From: Octopus sinensis
Lineage: Eukaryota
DNA: 64,000 nt
Reading direction: 5' to 3'
Assembly (NCBI RefSeq): GCF_006345805.1
Contig: NC_043021.1
Span: 7,998,001-8,062,000 of the forward strand
Below the pieces are notes generated by a model, which was not told where the DNA came from, ran no database searches, and saw only the letters and a list, made by a program, of their open reading frames with translations. Shown piece by piece: positions 40,100 through 53,430 of this stretch (positions are counted from its first letter, which is position 1; every line of letters begins with the position of its first letter). The position numbers were made by a program, and so were the translations under genes.

Positions 40100-40720
40100 T
40101 GCACTTACTTGTACAGTAACTGAAATATGTCATGAAAAATTAGAAGTTACAAAGGTTGACTTGTCTGGCTGAATAGAAAACACACACAGTTTAATTTTTG
40201 ATGTTAGTGTATTTTCTTCATCTTTTGCTTCTCATCGTTGATACAGAAATTCTGTGTTGAAACTCAAAGGAATAAACTTAAGAATAGGCTCAGAGTCATA
40301 CAGCATAATGGTTTCTACAACTTCCTTTATGGCTGGTATAGTAATATCCCTCTCCGTTCATATGTAGTGTTCCCCCCCCCCTTTTTTTTTCTATGTGGAA
40401 GGATGTATTCTAATATCTTCATTTCTCCTTCAATATCAGCATGAGATGTTGACTTGAAAAATGACATTGAGGTTGGATGTTTTCCAAATCTTCCTTTCGG
40501 TGTCTTAAAAAAAAAAATTGAAGAACCTAAATTTCCTTATCCAAATGCATTCTCATAACATGGTCTTTCATCTTTGAAGGCTTTGTTGCGATATTTCCAA
40601 ATGCCTTTTCACATCGCAAACACGTAGGTTTTTATCTCATTTGTCATTAAAAGAATAAAACCAAACCTCCGGTTATTCCTGTGCTTGTTACTGACATTTT
40701 TACTTCTTATTATTGAGGTT
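40100..40720 (-). mobile_element. Second hAT/Buster (ZBED8-like) transposase relic
   Basis: Minus strand: CEKAFGNIATKPSKMKDH; PAIKEVVETIMLYDSEPILKFIPLSFNT; SKIKLCVFSIQPDKSTF. Confidence 0.8.
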
Positions 40721-40984
40721 TGACATGCTGTAAAATTAATGAGCTACAATATAAATCAAAAGTCTCTACAAAATGAATGCAATATTATGCAAAATAGTCT
40801 CAATGGCAACAATTTATGTTGCAATAAACTTAAATTATAAGAATATAAAATTACATTACAGTGCAACTGAACATTAAGGATTTCCTTTCTTTTATATGTA
40901 TCCATTCAAGTTGCCAGGTATATATCCATATCTGTATCTATATATAAACACATACATACATACATACATACATACATACATGCA

Positions 40985-41810
40985 TATAGGCGCAGGAGTG
41001 GCTGTGTGGTAAGTAGCTTGCATACCAACCACATGGTTCCGGGTTCAGTCCCACTGCATGGCATCTTGGGCAAGTGTCTTCTGCTATAGCCCCGGGCCGA
41101 CCAATGCCTTGTGAGTGGATTTGGTAGACGGAAACTGAAAGAAGCCTGTTGTATATATGTATATATATATGTATGTGTGTCTGTGTTTGACCCCCTAGCA
41201 TTGCTTGACAACCGATACTGGTGTGTTTACGTCCCCGTCACTTAGCGGTTCGGCAAAAGAGACCGATAGAATAAGTACTGGGCTTACAAAGAATAAGTCC
41301 CGGGGTCGATTTGCTCGACTAAAGGCGGTGCTCCAGCATGGCCGCAGTCAAATGACAAACAAGTAAAAGAGTAAAAGAGTATACATACATACATATATGC
41401 GTACATACATACTTTTTTACTCTTTTACTTGTTTCAGTCATTTGACTGTGGCCATGCTGGAGCACCGCCTTTAGTCGAGCAAATCGACCCCAGGACTTAT
41501 TCTTTATAAGCCTAGTACTTATCATAGTGGTCTCTTTTGCCGAACTGCTAAGTTACGGGGACGTAAACATACCAGCTTCGGTTGTCAAGCGATGTTGGGG
41601 GGACAAACACAGACACAAATGTATACAAACACACACACATAAATATACATATATACGATGGGCTTCTTTCAGTTTCCGTCCACCAAATCCACTCACAAGG
41701 CTTTGGTTGGCCCAAGGCGATAGTAGAAGACACTTGCCTAAGGTGCCATGCAGTGGGACTGAACCCGGAACCATGTGGTTCGTAAGCGAGCTACTTACCA
41801 CACAGCCACT
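40985..41810. mobile_element. Tail-to-tail inverted pair of full-length CORE-like SINEs (40985-41395 +, 41412-41810 -)
   Basis: Both match family consensus in opposite orientation, with a short spacer. Confidence 0.9.
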
Positions 41811-42284
41811 CATACATATATATACATATAGACACATATATACATATATACACAAATACATATATCATCATCATCATCATGTAACATCTGTTTTCCATGC
41901 TAGTATGGATTAGGTAGTTTGACAGGTGCTGGTAAGGAGCCAGGGACCACACCATGCTCTATTATCTGATCTGGCATGGTTCCTATGGCTTGATGCCCTT
42001 CCTAATGCCACCCGTTTTACAGACTGTATTGGGTGCTTTTTATGTGGCACCACCACCAGAATCAATTCTGCTGTGGTGGATAGAGCTTCTCAAGTACAGC
42101 AAAGCACTAGATAACTTGACCTTTTGTTATCTCTTTCAAAAGGCTCAATGTCTTGAGATCAGTCTTATACATACATACATACATACATACATACAGACAG
42201 ACAGACATACATACATACATACATACATACCTCCTTCTCCCAAATCTGAGGCCTTGTGCTTCCAATAGAAAGAATTATTATTAT

Positions 42285-42856
42285 CAGCTGAATCCATAGT
42301 GAAGATTGCCCCACTGACCTCCTTTAACGAGGAGGGCAAGACCGTTTTCCTGTGCCTAGTGGCTGTGGCGAAAGAAGTTGTATGGTGGACCCGTTTGAAA
42401 GGGCTAAAGTCAGACACTTTCCTCTTTGGTCAAGGCCTCATCAACTTTTTCAAGTTTCACTTGAAAAGGAAGATGAGGTTAGAGAGGAGAGTGCTGTCTG
42501 ATAGCAAATTTTCTGAAAGGTGAGTGAATTGTGCAAGAATGGCCAGTATAAATGGACCAATTCTGAGGTTTTGCCTGTAATTGAAAAAGGTATTATAAAA
42601 GGAGAAAGGGGCTCTCTACCCCACTTTTGACCAGGCTCCCATGGCTTTTATGGGTTTTTCCTCGTGGGACCTTTTCTTTTTTCGAGGCGTCTCCTCTATT
42701 GGGAGTTTTTCGTTGTTAAAATTTTTGATTGTTAAACTGCTTTTTACTCGGTTGTTTTTTCACAAACGGACAAAACCCTTTGTAACCTTTCGTCCTGATT
42801 TGTCCCTTTATGTAATAATTAATTTTTGTCAGCCCTTGTGGCTAATAAAAGAATTA

Positions 42857-42860
<4 letters not shown>
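42285..42860 (+). mobile_element. Tx1/L1-clade LINE 3' end
   Basis: VFLCLVAVAKEVVWWTRLKGL..LINFFKFHLKRKMRLERRVLS..ER*; T-rich 3' UTR; AATAAA then (ATT)n. Confidence 0.65.
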
Positions 42861-43495
<635 letters not shown>

Positions 43496-43703
43496 TTTCT
43501 CCTAGATTAATTCACCTGTAGCCTTTATAATACTTTCATTTCAACCTCATTCACTGAAAGAGTGAGCGCAGGGTTGGGGTATGGAGTCTGCTAGTTTGGT
43601 CCTAGATAACAATAAATGTTGTTTAAAATATCTGACATAAACCGCTTTGATTTACCTGGCATGTGTGAAACACTATTGTTATGCTACCCCCATCTAGCCC
43701 AAC

Positions 43704-43744
<41 letters not shown>

Positions 43745-43915
43745 TTAGCAACTGATATAAACTACCTTTGTGACATTTTGCTTATGTGTATACATACATA
43801 CAGATTTATTTATATATTTATATCTATATATATATATATGTATGTGTGTATGTGTGTGTGTGAGTGTGTGTGTGTGCACTCTCTCCCCCCCTCTCTCTCT
43901 CTCACACACACACAC

Positions 43916-43954
<39 letters not shown>

Positions 43955-44127
43955 GTAAGTAGATCATATATCTGAAAAAGAAGCACATTGTAAAGCATTA
44001 GAGCAGTAACATCTTTTAACTACAAACTTGCTAATATATATATGTATCATCATCATCATCATCATCATCGTCATCATCATCGTCGTCGTCATCAACATCA
44101 TCATCATCATTATCGTCGTAGTCATCG

Positions 44128-44175
<48 letters not shown>

Positions 44176-44189
44176 ACATCGTCATCATC

Positions 44190-45540
44190 ATCATCATCAT
44201 CATCATTTAACATCCGTTGTCCATGCTGGCATGGGTTGGATGGTTTGATCAGGGCTAGCAAGCTGGAAAGCTGCACCAGATGCCCTTCGTAACGCCAACC
44301 ACTCCTTGAGTGTGTTTGGTGCTTTTTATGTACCACAGGCACAGGTGCCATTTGTGTGACGCTGTTATCTGCCACAACTATGGTTTTACTTGGTTTGATG
44401 GGTCTTCTTGTCAAGTACAGCATAATGCCAAATGGACTCGGTCATTGCCTCTCTCATTGCCTGCTAACTTGAACACCTAAGTAATGGAAGCTATCTACTA
44501 CCTCTAGCTTACCCTACTGGCAGTTGATGGAGTCTATTTTCTGTACATTTTCAGTGTTTATCGTACCTGTGCACCTTCCACACACAAAAGCTATTTTCCC
44601 TGTTAACCTCTTCTGATATTGTTGCACCTTTTATGTGTCTATGGCTTACACTGGGTGCATCTTACAGAGTTACTAGCTACACTTTTCTACAGATTGAGCA
44701 GGGCCATATACCCGAAGTGTCTTGTGATTTGTTTGCCTTCCTACTTACTAAAACTTTAGATTTTGCTAGGTTAACTTAGAAGCCCTTTGATTCTAGACCT
44801 TGCTTTCATACCTGGAACTTCTCTTTTTCTGGTAGTGATTCAGCTATAAGAACAAGGTCATCAGCATAGAGGAACTCCCAGGAGCAGACTGTCTTAAATT
44901 CCTCTGTTATTGCCTAGATGACTATGATGAACAAGAGGGGCCTTAGGACCGATCTTTGGTGAACCCCTTCTTGTAACCTGAATTCTTTGCTGTACTCATT
45001 GCCTACACCGTCATCCATGTGGACACATTTCTCTCCTATGACATCACAATTTTCTCTCACACACTGTTTTGCAATCTGGAACACTTCAATTCTTTGGTCC
45101 TCACATTGTTGAACATAGGCAAACTTCCTCTTTTCTGCTTCTCCATTGGCTTGATATACCTGTCTCCTAGCTTCCCTTCTGGCTATCTAATACAGCTCCC
45201 TGCTATCTCCACTCTTCTAGGTCTTCCAGGTGTGTTTCTTTGCTCTAATGGCCCTGTCTGTAACATTGTTCTACCACCATGTTACCCTAGGTCTGGTTGG
45301 GACTTTGCACCACCCATAGCTTTGGTCTTTGGCACTCAGTAAGATGTCTTGCAGTATTACTCACTTGCCCTCTAAGTCACAAGTTTGTACTTCTTCCTCC
45401 CTCTCATTCAATTTCTCAATTAGGATGTCATAAATCTGTGACTATGTGAAGGGTCCTTAAGCTTCTAAATCCTTCTTTTGCAGATTGGTTTGCTTCTTGG
45501 CAACCTTCTGGCCAGGAGTCTAAAGTCCCTAATAACTAGT
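44190..45540 (-). mobile_element. RTE-clade LINE relic: ORF2 fragments joined to the (GAT)n-tailed 3' end
   Basis: Minus strand: GWCKVPTRPRVTWW; PLLFII..EEFKTVCSWEFLYADDLVLIAES; VNLAKSKVL; internal deletions. Confidence 0.85.
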
Positions 45541-45564
45541 CTATGTATATATATATATATATAC

Positions 45565-45789
45565 TCAAAATAAGCAACAAGAATGACTCCGGTAATTTGG
45601 TACAATCGTTTCGTACTACATCATTCTATTAAGGTTCTGAGAGGGAAGAACAAAATGGAAAACCTCTATAATTGGCTGATGAGTGCTCAGCATTTTAAAA
45701 CTGTTGTAATACTTACAACATTTAATAAAATGATGTAGTACGAAACGATCGTACCAAATTACCAGAGTCATTCTTGTTGCTTATTTTGA
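45565..45789. mobile_element. MITE-like element with about 68-bp inverted arms
   Basis: 45565-45632 is the reverse complement of 45722-45789 with 3 mismatches by eye. Confidence 0.75.
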
Positions 45790-45889
45790 TTATAATCACC
45801 CCACGGATTTATATGGATAACACCATACAGAATTCTGCTGCATCTAAATTAAGTACCATATTCATTTGAATCTAAATTTTTGCTGAACT

Positions 45890-45920
<31 letters not shown>

Positions 45921-46357
45921 AAGTACATCTGTGATTTTATTTTTCGTCTTCTATATAAATGAAGATATTTCCTCCATCTGGCTGGTTTCCTTTCTACAAA
46001 ACATCGCAGAACTACAAGGCTCTGTTCAAACCATCCAACTCATGTCAGCATGTAAAATGGACGTTAAATGAGGATGATGATGATGATGATGATGATGTTT
46101 TATATATATATATGTATATGAATACACACACACACCAAAACACACACATACACACTCACACACACATACACACTCACACACACACACACACACACCACAC
46201 ACACATGTCTTCATCATCCCTCATCCATACTGCAATGGGCTGGGTGGTTTGACAGGATCTAAGCAGCTAAATGTCTGGGTGGAATACCAATCTCTGATTG
46301 TCCAATCTCCAAGTCTCCACACCCCAGTAGGGAGCTTTATGCCAAATGTTGAGAGGC

Positions 46358-46940
46358 CGGAGTGGCTGTGTGGTAAGTAGCTTGATAACCAACCACATGG
46401 TTCCGGGTTCAGTCCCACTGCGTGGCACCTTGGGTAAGTGTCTTCTGCTATAGCCTCGGGCCGACCAAAGCCTTGTGAGTGGATTTGGTAGACAGAAACT
46501 GAAAGAAGCCTGTCGTATATATGTATATATACTCTTACTCTTTACTCTTTTACTTGTTTCAGTCATTTGACTGTGGCCATGCTGGAGCACCGCCTTTAGT
46601 CGAGCAATTGACCCCGGTACTTATTCTTTGTAAGCCCAGTACTTATTCTATCGGTCTCTTTTGCCGAACCGCTAAGTGACGGGGACGTAAACACAGCAGC
46701 ATCGGTTGTCAAGCAATGCTAGGGGGACAAACACAGACACACAAACACACACATACATATATATATATACATATATACGACAGGCTTCTTTCAGTTTCTG
46801 TCTACCAAATCCACTCACAAGGCATTGGTCGGCCCGGGGCTATAGCAGAAGACACTTGCCCAAGATGCCACGCAGTGGGACTGAACCCGGAACCATGTGG
46901 TTGGTTAGCAAGCTACTTACCACACAGCCACTCCTGCGCC

Positions 46941-47039
<99 letters not shown>

Positions 47040-47255
47040 TGTGTCTGTGTTTGTCCCTCTAGCATTGCTTGACAACCAATGCTGGTGTGTTTACGTCCCC
47101 GTCACCTAGCGGTTCGGCAAAAGAGACCGATAGAATAAGTACTGGGCTTACAAAGAATAAGTCCCGGGGGGGGGGGGGGTTCGAGTTGCTCGAGTAAAGG
47201 CGGAGTACCAGTATGGCCACAGTCAAAATGACTGAAACAAGTAAAAGAGAAAAGA
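46358..47255. mobile_element. CORE-like SINE (+) with an inverted full-length copy (46535-46942, -) nested in its central TA tract
   Basis: Order: + head, complete minus copy, (TA)(TG)n, + tail. Confidence 0.85.
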
Positions 47256-47522
47256 GAAAGAGAGAAAGGCTAAAGGTTGAGAAAGACTAGCAGACAGAGA
47301 GAGAGACCAGCATAGAAATCGTGGGATAGAGGGAATACATGGCTACTCTGTCACCTGCTTTATATCAAGGTGGATGGGCGTAACTGGGGGGAAAAAGAGA
47401 TAAAAGTGTTGACAAGATGTCAGGGTATGGACAGAGGGATCAGGAAGGGTTGTGTCAACAAGTTGATAAAAGTGTGACATTGAGGGTATCTATGTTTATA
47501 CATGTAATGTGTGATATATATG

Positions 47523-47568
<46 letters not shown>

Positions 47569-47695
47569 ATATCTATATATATATATAGTGGCGGTTTCAA
47601 ACTTCTTTTTTACAAATATATATATATATACACACATACATGTATTTGTGTGTGTGTGTGTGTATGCAACTGTGTGTGTGTGTGTGTGTGTTTAA

Positions 47696-47742
<47 letters not shown>

Positions 47743-48238
47743 GCACATGGCTATACATATACATATATACACACACACATACACATATATATATATATAT
47801 TTTTTATTTTATAGAAGGAGCTTCTACAGGACTAGAACTGTTTCATTCAGTTGAAATCTTCCTGAAGGATTGATAAATGGACAAACAGATTATTTTAAAA
47901 GATTTATTTAAAAAAAAAGATTATTAAAACAACAAATATAATTATATAGGGCATGGCTGTATGGTAAGAAGCTTGTTTCCCCACCAAATGGCTCTGGGTT
48001 CAATCCCATTGCATGGCATCTTGAGCAAGTGTGTTCTGGAGCCTCAGGCCAATCAAAGCCTTGTGAGTGGATTTGGTCGACAGAAACTGAAAGAAGCCCA
48101 TTGTATATATACATATATGTGTGTATATTTCTGTGTGTATGTGTTTGTCTCCCCATCATTGCTTGACAACCGGTGTTGGTGTGTTTATGTCCCTGTAACT
48201 TAGCAGTTCAGCAAAAGACTGAAGCAAGTAAAAGAATA

Positions 48239-48275
<37 letters not shown>

Positions 48276-48376
48276 CACACACACACATGTGTATAAATAT
48301 ATATATATGTGAGTGACCACGTGTGCATCATTGGTGATTTTCTTTCTCCGCCTTCCCTTCTTTGGACTTTTTCTAT

Positions 48377-48411
48377 ATTTCTGATGAAGAGTTTCGCTCG
48401 AAACGTGAAAT
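48377..48411 (+). ncRNA. Minimal hammerhead motif (core boxes intact, GUG at cleavage triplet)
   Basis: attt-CTGATGA-a-gag(tttcg)ctc-GAAAC-GTG-aaat; compensatory ATTT/AAAT stem I. Confidence 0.6.
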
Positions 48412-48534
48412 CCTCTTTCTTTCCTTTCCTTACCTGAGTGTCCAATAACACTGCACTTATTCCACATCCTCGCGGTGTTGTTTTTTTCTTGCTTGTTCAT
48501 GTTTGGATTGACTATATATATATATATATTTGTA

Positions 48535-48862
48535 TGTATATATATATGTCTGTATGTATGTGTATATATAACTATATATTTATAAATATATATGTATGTA
48601 TATATATATATATGTGCAAAATGTGACCGTGTGTGTACCATTGGCGATTTTTTTTCCTCTGTCTTCCCTTCTCTGGATCTTTCCTTCTCCTATGTTTCTG
48701 ACAAAGAGCTCTGCTCGAAACGTTAAACCCTCCTTCTTTCCTTCTTCCTGAGCGTCCAATAATACTATATTGTTCCACGTCCTCGTGTTGTTGTGTTTTT
48801 TTGTGCTTTCTTGTTTGGATTAACTATATCTATGCATATATGTGTATATATATATACATTTA

Positions 48863-48959
<97 letters not shown>

Positions 48960-49092
48960 GTGTGTGTGTATGAATGTATATGTATATATATATATCATCA
49001 TCATCATCATCATCATTTAGCGTCCGTTTTCCATGCTAGCATGGGTTGGATGGTTTAACTGGGGTCTGTGAAGCCGGAAGGCTTCATCAGGC

Positions 49093-49136
<44 letters not shown>

Positions 49137-49158
49137 ACATATACATATACATACATAC

Positions 49159-49191
<33 letters not shown>

Positions 49192-50009
49192 CATACATAC
49201 ATACACCCCCCCACACACACACACACATAGAAACACTCATACACATGCAAAGTCATGGAAGAAGAGTTGTTGAACGATGCTGGAATAAAGTATAAAAATA
49301 GCATTAAATGGTATCAGAAAGATATTGAGGTAAAATATTAACAACTGGAAGAAGATGGCATCTAATTGGATAACATGGTAGGGTATTATCTGACAAGAGG
49401 AGCTATAAAAATCATTGCCTGACAAAAAAAAAATAATACTCGAAGAAGAAAACATCTGTCAAATCTCAATGCTCTGGAATGAGCTAACCATCTTACTCCA
49501 CTCATCTGATGAATACAATACTGATTAAGATGATTATGATTACATACGTGTGTATGTGTGTGTGTGTGTGTGTGTGTTTGCGTGTATGTATATGTATATA
49601 TGTGTGTGTGTATATATATGTATATGTGTGTGTGCGTGTATGTATATGTATATATGTGTGTGTATATATATATGTCTGTATGTATGTGTATATATAACTA
49701 TATATTTATAAATATATATGTATGTATATATATATATGTGCAAAATGTGACCGTGTGTGTACCATTGGCGATTTTTTTTCCTCTGTCTTCCCTTCTCTGG
49801 ATCTTTCCTTCTCCTATGTTTCCGACAAAGAGCTCTGCTCGAAAAGTTAAACCCTCCTTCTTTCCTTCTTTCCTGAGCGTCCAATAATACTATATTTGTT
49901 CCACGTCCTCGTGTTGTTGTGTTTTTTTGTGCTTTCTTGTTTGGATTAACTATATCTATGCATATATGTGTATATATATATACATTTATATTTATATATA
50001 TATATAATA

Positions 50010-50047
<38 letters not shown>

Positions 50048-50190
50048 GTGTGTGTGTATGAATGTATATGTATATATATATCATCATCATCATCATCATC
50101 ATTTAGCGTCCGTTTTCCATGCTAGCATGGGTTGGATGGTTTAACTGGGGTCTGTGAAGCCGGAAGCCTTCATCAGGCCCATATATATAT

Positions 50191-50241
<51 letters not shown>

Positions 50242-50275
50242 TATATATGTATACATATACATATACATACATACA

Positions 50276-50306
<31 letters not shown>

Positions 50307-50656
50307 CATACACCCCCCCACACACACACACACATAGAAACACACACACACATGCAAAGTCATGGAAGAAGAGTTGTTGAACGATGCTGGAATAAAGTAT
50401 AAAAATAGCATTAAATGGTATCAGAAAGATATTGAGGTAAAATATTAACAACTGGAAGAAGATGGCATCTAATTGGATAACATGGTAGGGTATTATCTGA
50501 CAAGAGGAGCTATAAAAATCATTGCCTGACAAAAAAAAAATAATACTCGAAGAAGAAAACATCTGTCAAATCTCAATGCTCTGGAATGAGCTAACCATCT
50601 TACTCCACTCATCTGATGAATACAATACTGATTAAGATGATTATGATTACATACGT

Positions 50657-50692
<36 letters not shown>

Positions 50693-50770
50693 GTGTATGT
50701 ATATGTATATATGTGTGTGTGTATATATATGTATATGTGTGTGTGCGTGTATGTATATGTATATATGTGT
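48535..50770 (+). repeat. Near-identical tandem duplication, period about 1.1 kb
   Basis: gcaaaatgtgaccg at about 48615 and 49740; about 300-bp non-repeat block at 49246-49550 and 50353-50657; few substitutions. Confidence 0.92.
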
Positions 50771-50981
50771 GTGTATATATATATATGTGTGTGTGTATGT
50801 GTGTGTATGTATATGTATGTGTGTGTGTGTGCATGTGTGTGTATATGTGTGTGTGTGTGTATATGAGTGTATGGGTGTATATATTTATATATATAAATTT
50901 TGTATGTACGCGCGTGTGTGTATATCTGTCTATCTATCTACCTACCTATCTATCTATCTATCTATCTATCTGTCTATCTAT

Positions 50982-51013
<32 letters not shown>

Positions 51014-51064
51014 ATATGTGTGTTTGTATATATGTATACACACACATATATATTATAAAATTAT

Positions 51065-51228
51065 TCGCAGGAGTGGCTGTGTGGTAAGTAGCTTGCTAAC
51101 CGACCACATGGTTCCGGGTTCAGTCCCACTGCATGGCAGCTTGGGCAAGTGTCTTATGCTATAGCCTCGGTCCAACCAAAGCCTTGTGAGTGGATTTGGT
51201 AGACGGAAACTGAAAGAAGCCTGTCGTA

Positions 51229-51273
<45 letters not shown>

Positions 51274-51428
51274 ATATGTTTGTGTGTTTGTGTTTGTCCC
51301 TCTAGCATTGCTTGACAACCGATGCTGGTGTGTTTACGTCCCCGTCACTTAGCAGTTTGGCAAAAGAGACCGATAGAATAAGTACTGGGCTTACAAAGAA
51401 TAAGTCCCGGGGTTGATTTGCTCGACTA
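51065..51428 (+). mobile_element. Bipartite CORE-like SINE
   Basis: Family match. Confidence 0.88.
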
Positions 51429-51674
51429 ATTATGTGAATAATTGGCAGCCTGAAACTTGGAGTTACAATTCAAGCCTCAGCTTTACATAAAATATACATA
51501 CTCTACTTTTTGTATTGAGTACAGATTTCTTTATTCCTGAAAGTTCATCAGTTAATACATTCATACATGTATGTGTGTATGTATTTGGATATGTATGTAT
51601 ATATTTATGTCTACATGTATCTACTGTGATGAACCTAGAAATAAACATACAAAACACCTAAGGGTATATTTTAC

Positions 51675-51747
51675 CCTCTGAAGAGATTATACTCAGAAAT
51701 ATGAACTTAATATTTAATTTCAGTGTATAATTGAAACAGCTGTAAGG
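51675..51747 (+). ncRNA. Type I hammerhead motif with long AT-rich stem II
   Basis: cct-CTGAAGA-gattatac...gtataatt-GAAAC-agct-GTA-agg; palindromic stem III ACAGCTGT. Confidence 0.65.
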
Positions 51748-52160
51748 AATAATGATCGATTTGTTGCTGATAATAAATTCTTATTAACTTCACAATCTCC
51801 ATTTTCTTATTCTTTATATGAATATAAATTTCTTCCTTTGCATGAATATAAACTACAGTTTATATACACACCTATTATTTTAAGGAACTAAATACCCCGC
51901 TCCCAAATATTAGCCATTGAACCAGTACTTCCTTGAATGACACCATCCCTTCATGAGGCTAACATAACCTCTAACTGAATTCTATTATTTGTAATTGCTC
52001 AACCAGTTCATATATAAATACCTGAAATTTATAAAACAAGCCAAGAGGAGACATCTAACTCATTTGACTTAAACTGTTATTGTAGTTGTTCAGAATCAGA
52101 GCAGTGGCCATCATGTTATTTCATACATCAGAGACTACATTTTCAATGTGTCCTTCTAAT

Positions 52161-52357
52161 CGTACGCTGATGACGGGTCAAGACCCAGAAACTGCGGTCT
52201 GTGTGTATCACTTAGGTTGACGAGGGAAGGATGACCTCCCTTTGCAAATACCGACAGGACACAGAAAGTGTGTCAATAGCCAGCTGGAGAAGATGTTCTC
52301 CTGGGGCTACAAGCTACAGTAACACCCACCCTTAGTGGTTAGCCATATTGAGATGGC
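52161..52357 (+). ncRNA. Type I hammerhead (52161-52205) plus multi-hairpin cassette (copy B)
   Basis: cgtacg-CTGATGA-c-gggt(caag)accc-a-GAAAC-tgcg-GTC-tgtgtg, followed by hairpins shared with 31574-31653. Confidence 0.6.
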
Positions 52358-52689
52358 AAATATACCTCACATTGTTGTGCAGTTACTGTTTATACCTCGT
52401 TCAGAGATTTATTACTTCTAATTTTCATTATTAAACAATACAGCAGTATTTCACCAGTCACTATGTTCTGAGTTTAAATTCTGTTGAGGTTGATTTTGCC
52501 TTTCATCCTTTTAGGGTCGATAAATTAAGAACCAGTGAAAACACTGTCCTCTCCCCACAAATTTGCGCCTCCAGTAGAACGGATTAAAACAATGGTTTTT
52601 AACCCTTTGTTTCCTATTTTACTTGGACATACCCTTCTAGTCATTTGATGCTTAGAAAAATCCTGTTATATTTTTACAATTAGATATTG

Positions 52690-53430
52690 TTCAGAATATG
52701 TAAGTATTAAAACAGTGACCTTTGAGCTGCGTTTTCATCTTGGAAAAGAGATGGAAGTCCACAGGGGTTAAAAATTGATACCATGTTGTTTTTAGCAAGA
52801 AACTCATCAGTGAGGAGAACTTGATGACAGGGTGCTTTGTCATCATGAAGAATCCAATTCCTTGTGCTCCACATCTCCGGTCGCTTTCACCAAATGTCCT
52901 CCCTCTGATGTTTCAAAACATTACAGTATAACTCTTGATTCATGGTTTGGCCCTGGGGGAATGAATTCTCAATGCACAATACCACATTTCCAAGGATGAG
53001 ACTCGTGGTATGTCTTCCAGATCGCTCATCGTCTTCCAGGAATGTTCTTTCACTTTTGAAGCACCCATGCCGTTTGAAACATAGCATATGACCCATTGCC
53101 TCATCGCTGTAAGCTTGCTGAAACATGCCCAATGTCCCCATAGTAGACTTCCCAAGTTTAACCCTTTCGTTACTGTATTTATTTTGAGATGCTCTGTGTT
53201 TCTTTCAATTACTTTAAATATAATAAAGAATTTAGTAAAATAACTTAGTTATCATTCAGCTAGAGTTAGGAACATAAATTGTGACTAAAGTTTGGTGGAA
53301 GATTTTAATTCAAAACTTATGAAAACAAGACATTTGTACTCAGAGCCAGATCTGGTTTCGGCTGGGTTGGTAACGAAAGAGTTAATGCAAAATTTCAACA
53401 CTGGCTCTTTGTTCCTGTCCCTGATAAAAA
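52690..53430 (-). mobile_element. Internally deleted mariner transposase relic
   Basis: FCIKLGKSTMGTLGMFQQAYSDEAM..LEDDERSGR; FPQGQTMNQELY; WILHDDKAPCH; PVDFHLFSKMKTQLKG. Confidence 0.88.
53162..53381. mobile_element. piggyBac-type MITE inserted at TTAA inside the mariner relic
   Basis: TTAA-ccctttcgttac...gtaacgaaagag-TTAA; removing it rejoins the mariner codons att aaa ctt ggg aag. Confidence 0.88.

Noticed and set aside
47820-47870. Hammerhead-like GAAAC...GTC on the minus strand
   Set aside because: No CUGANGA box; too degenerate to call
49246-49550. Duplicated non-repeat block as an exon or transposase fragment
   Set aside because: Stops in all three plus-strand frames, no convincing motif and no clear splice sites
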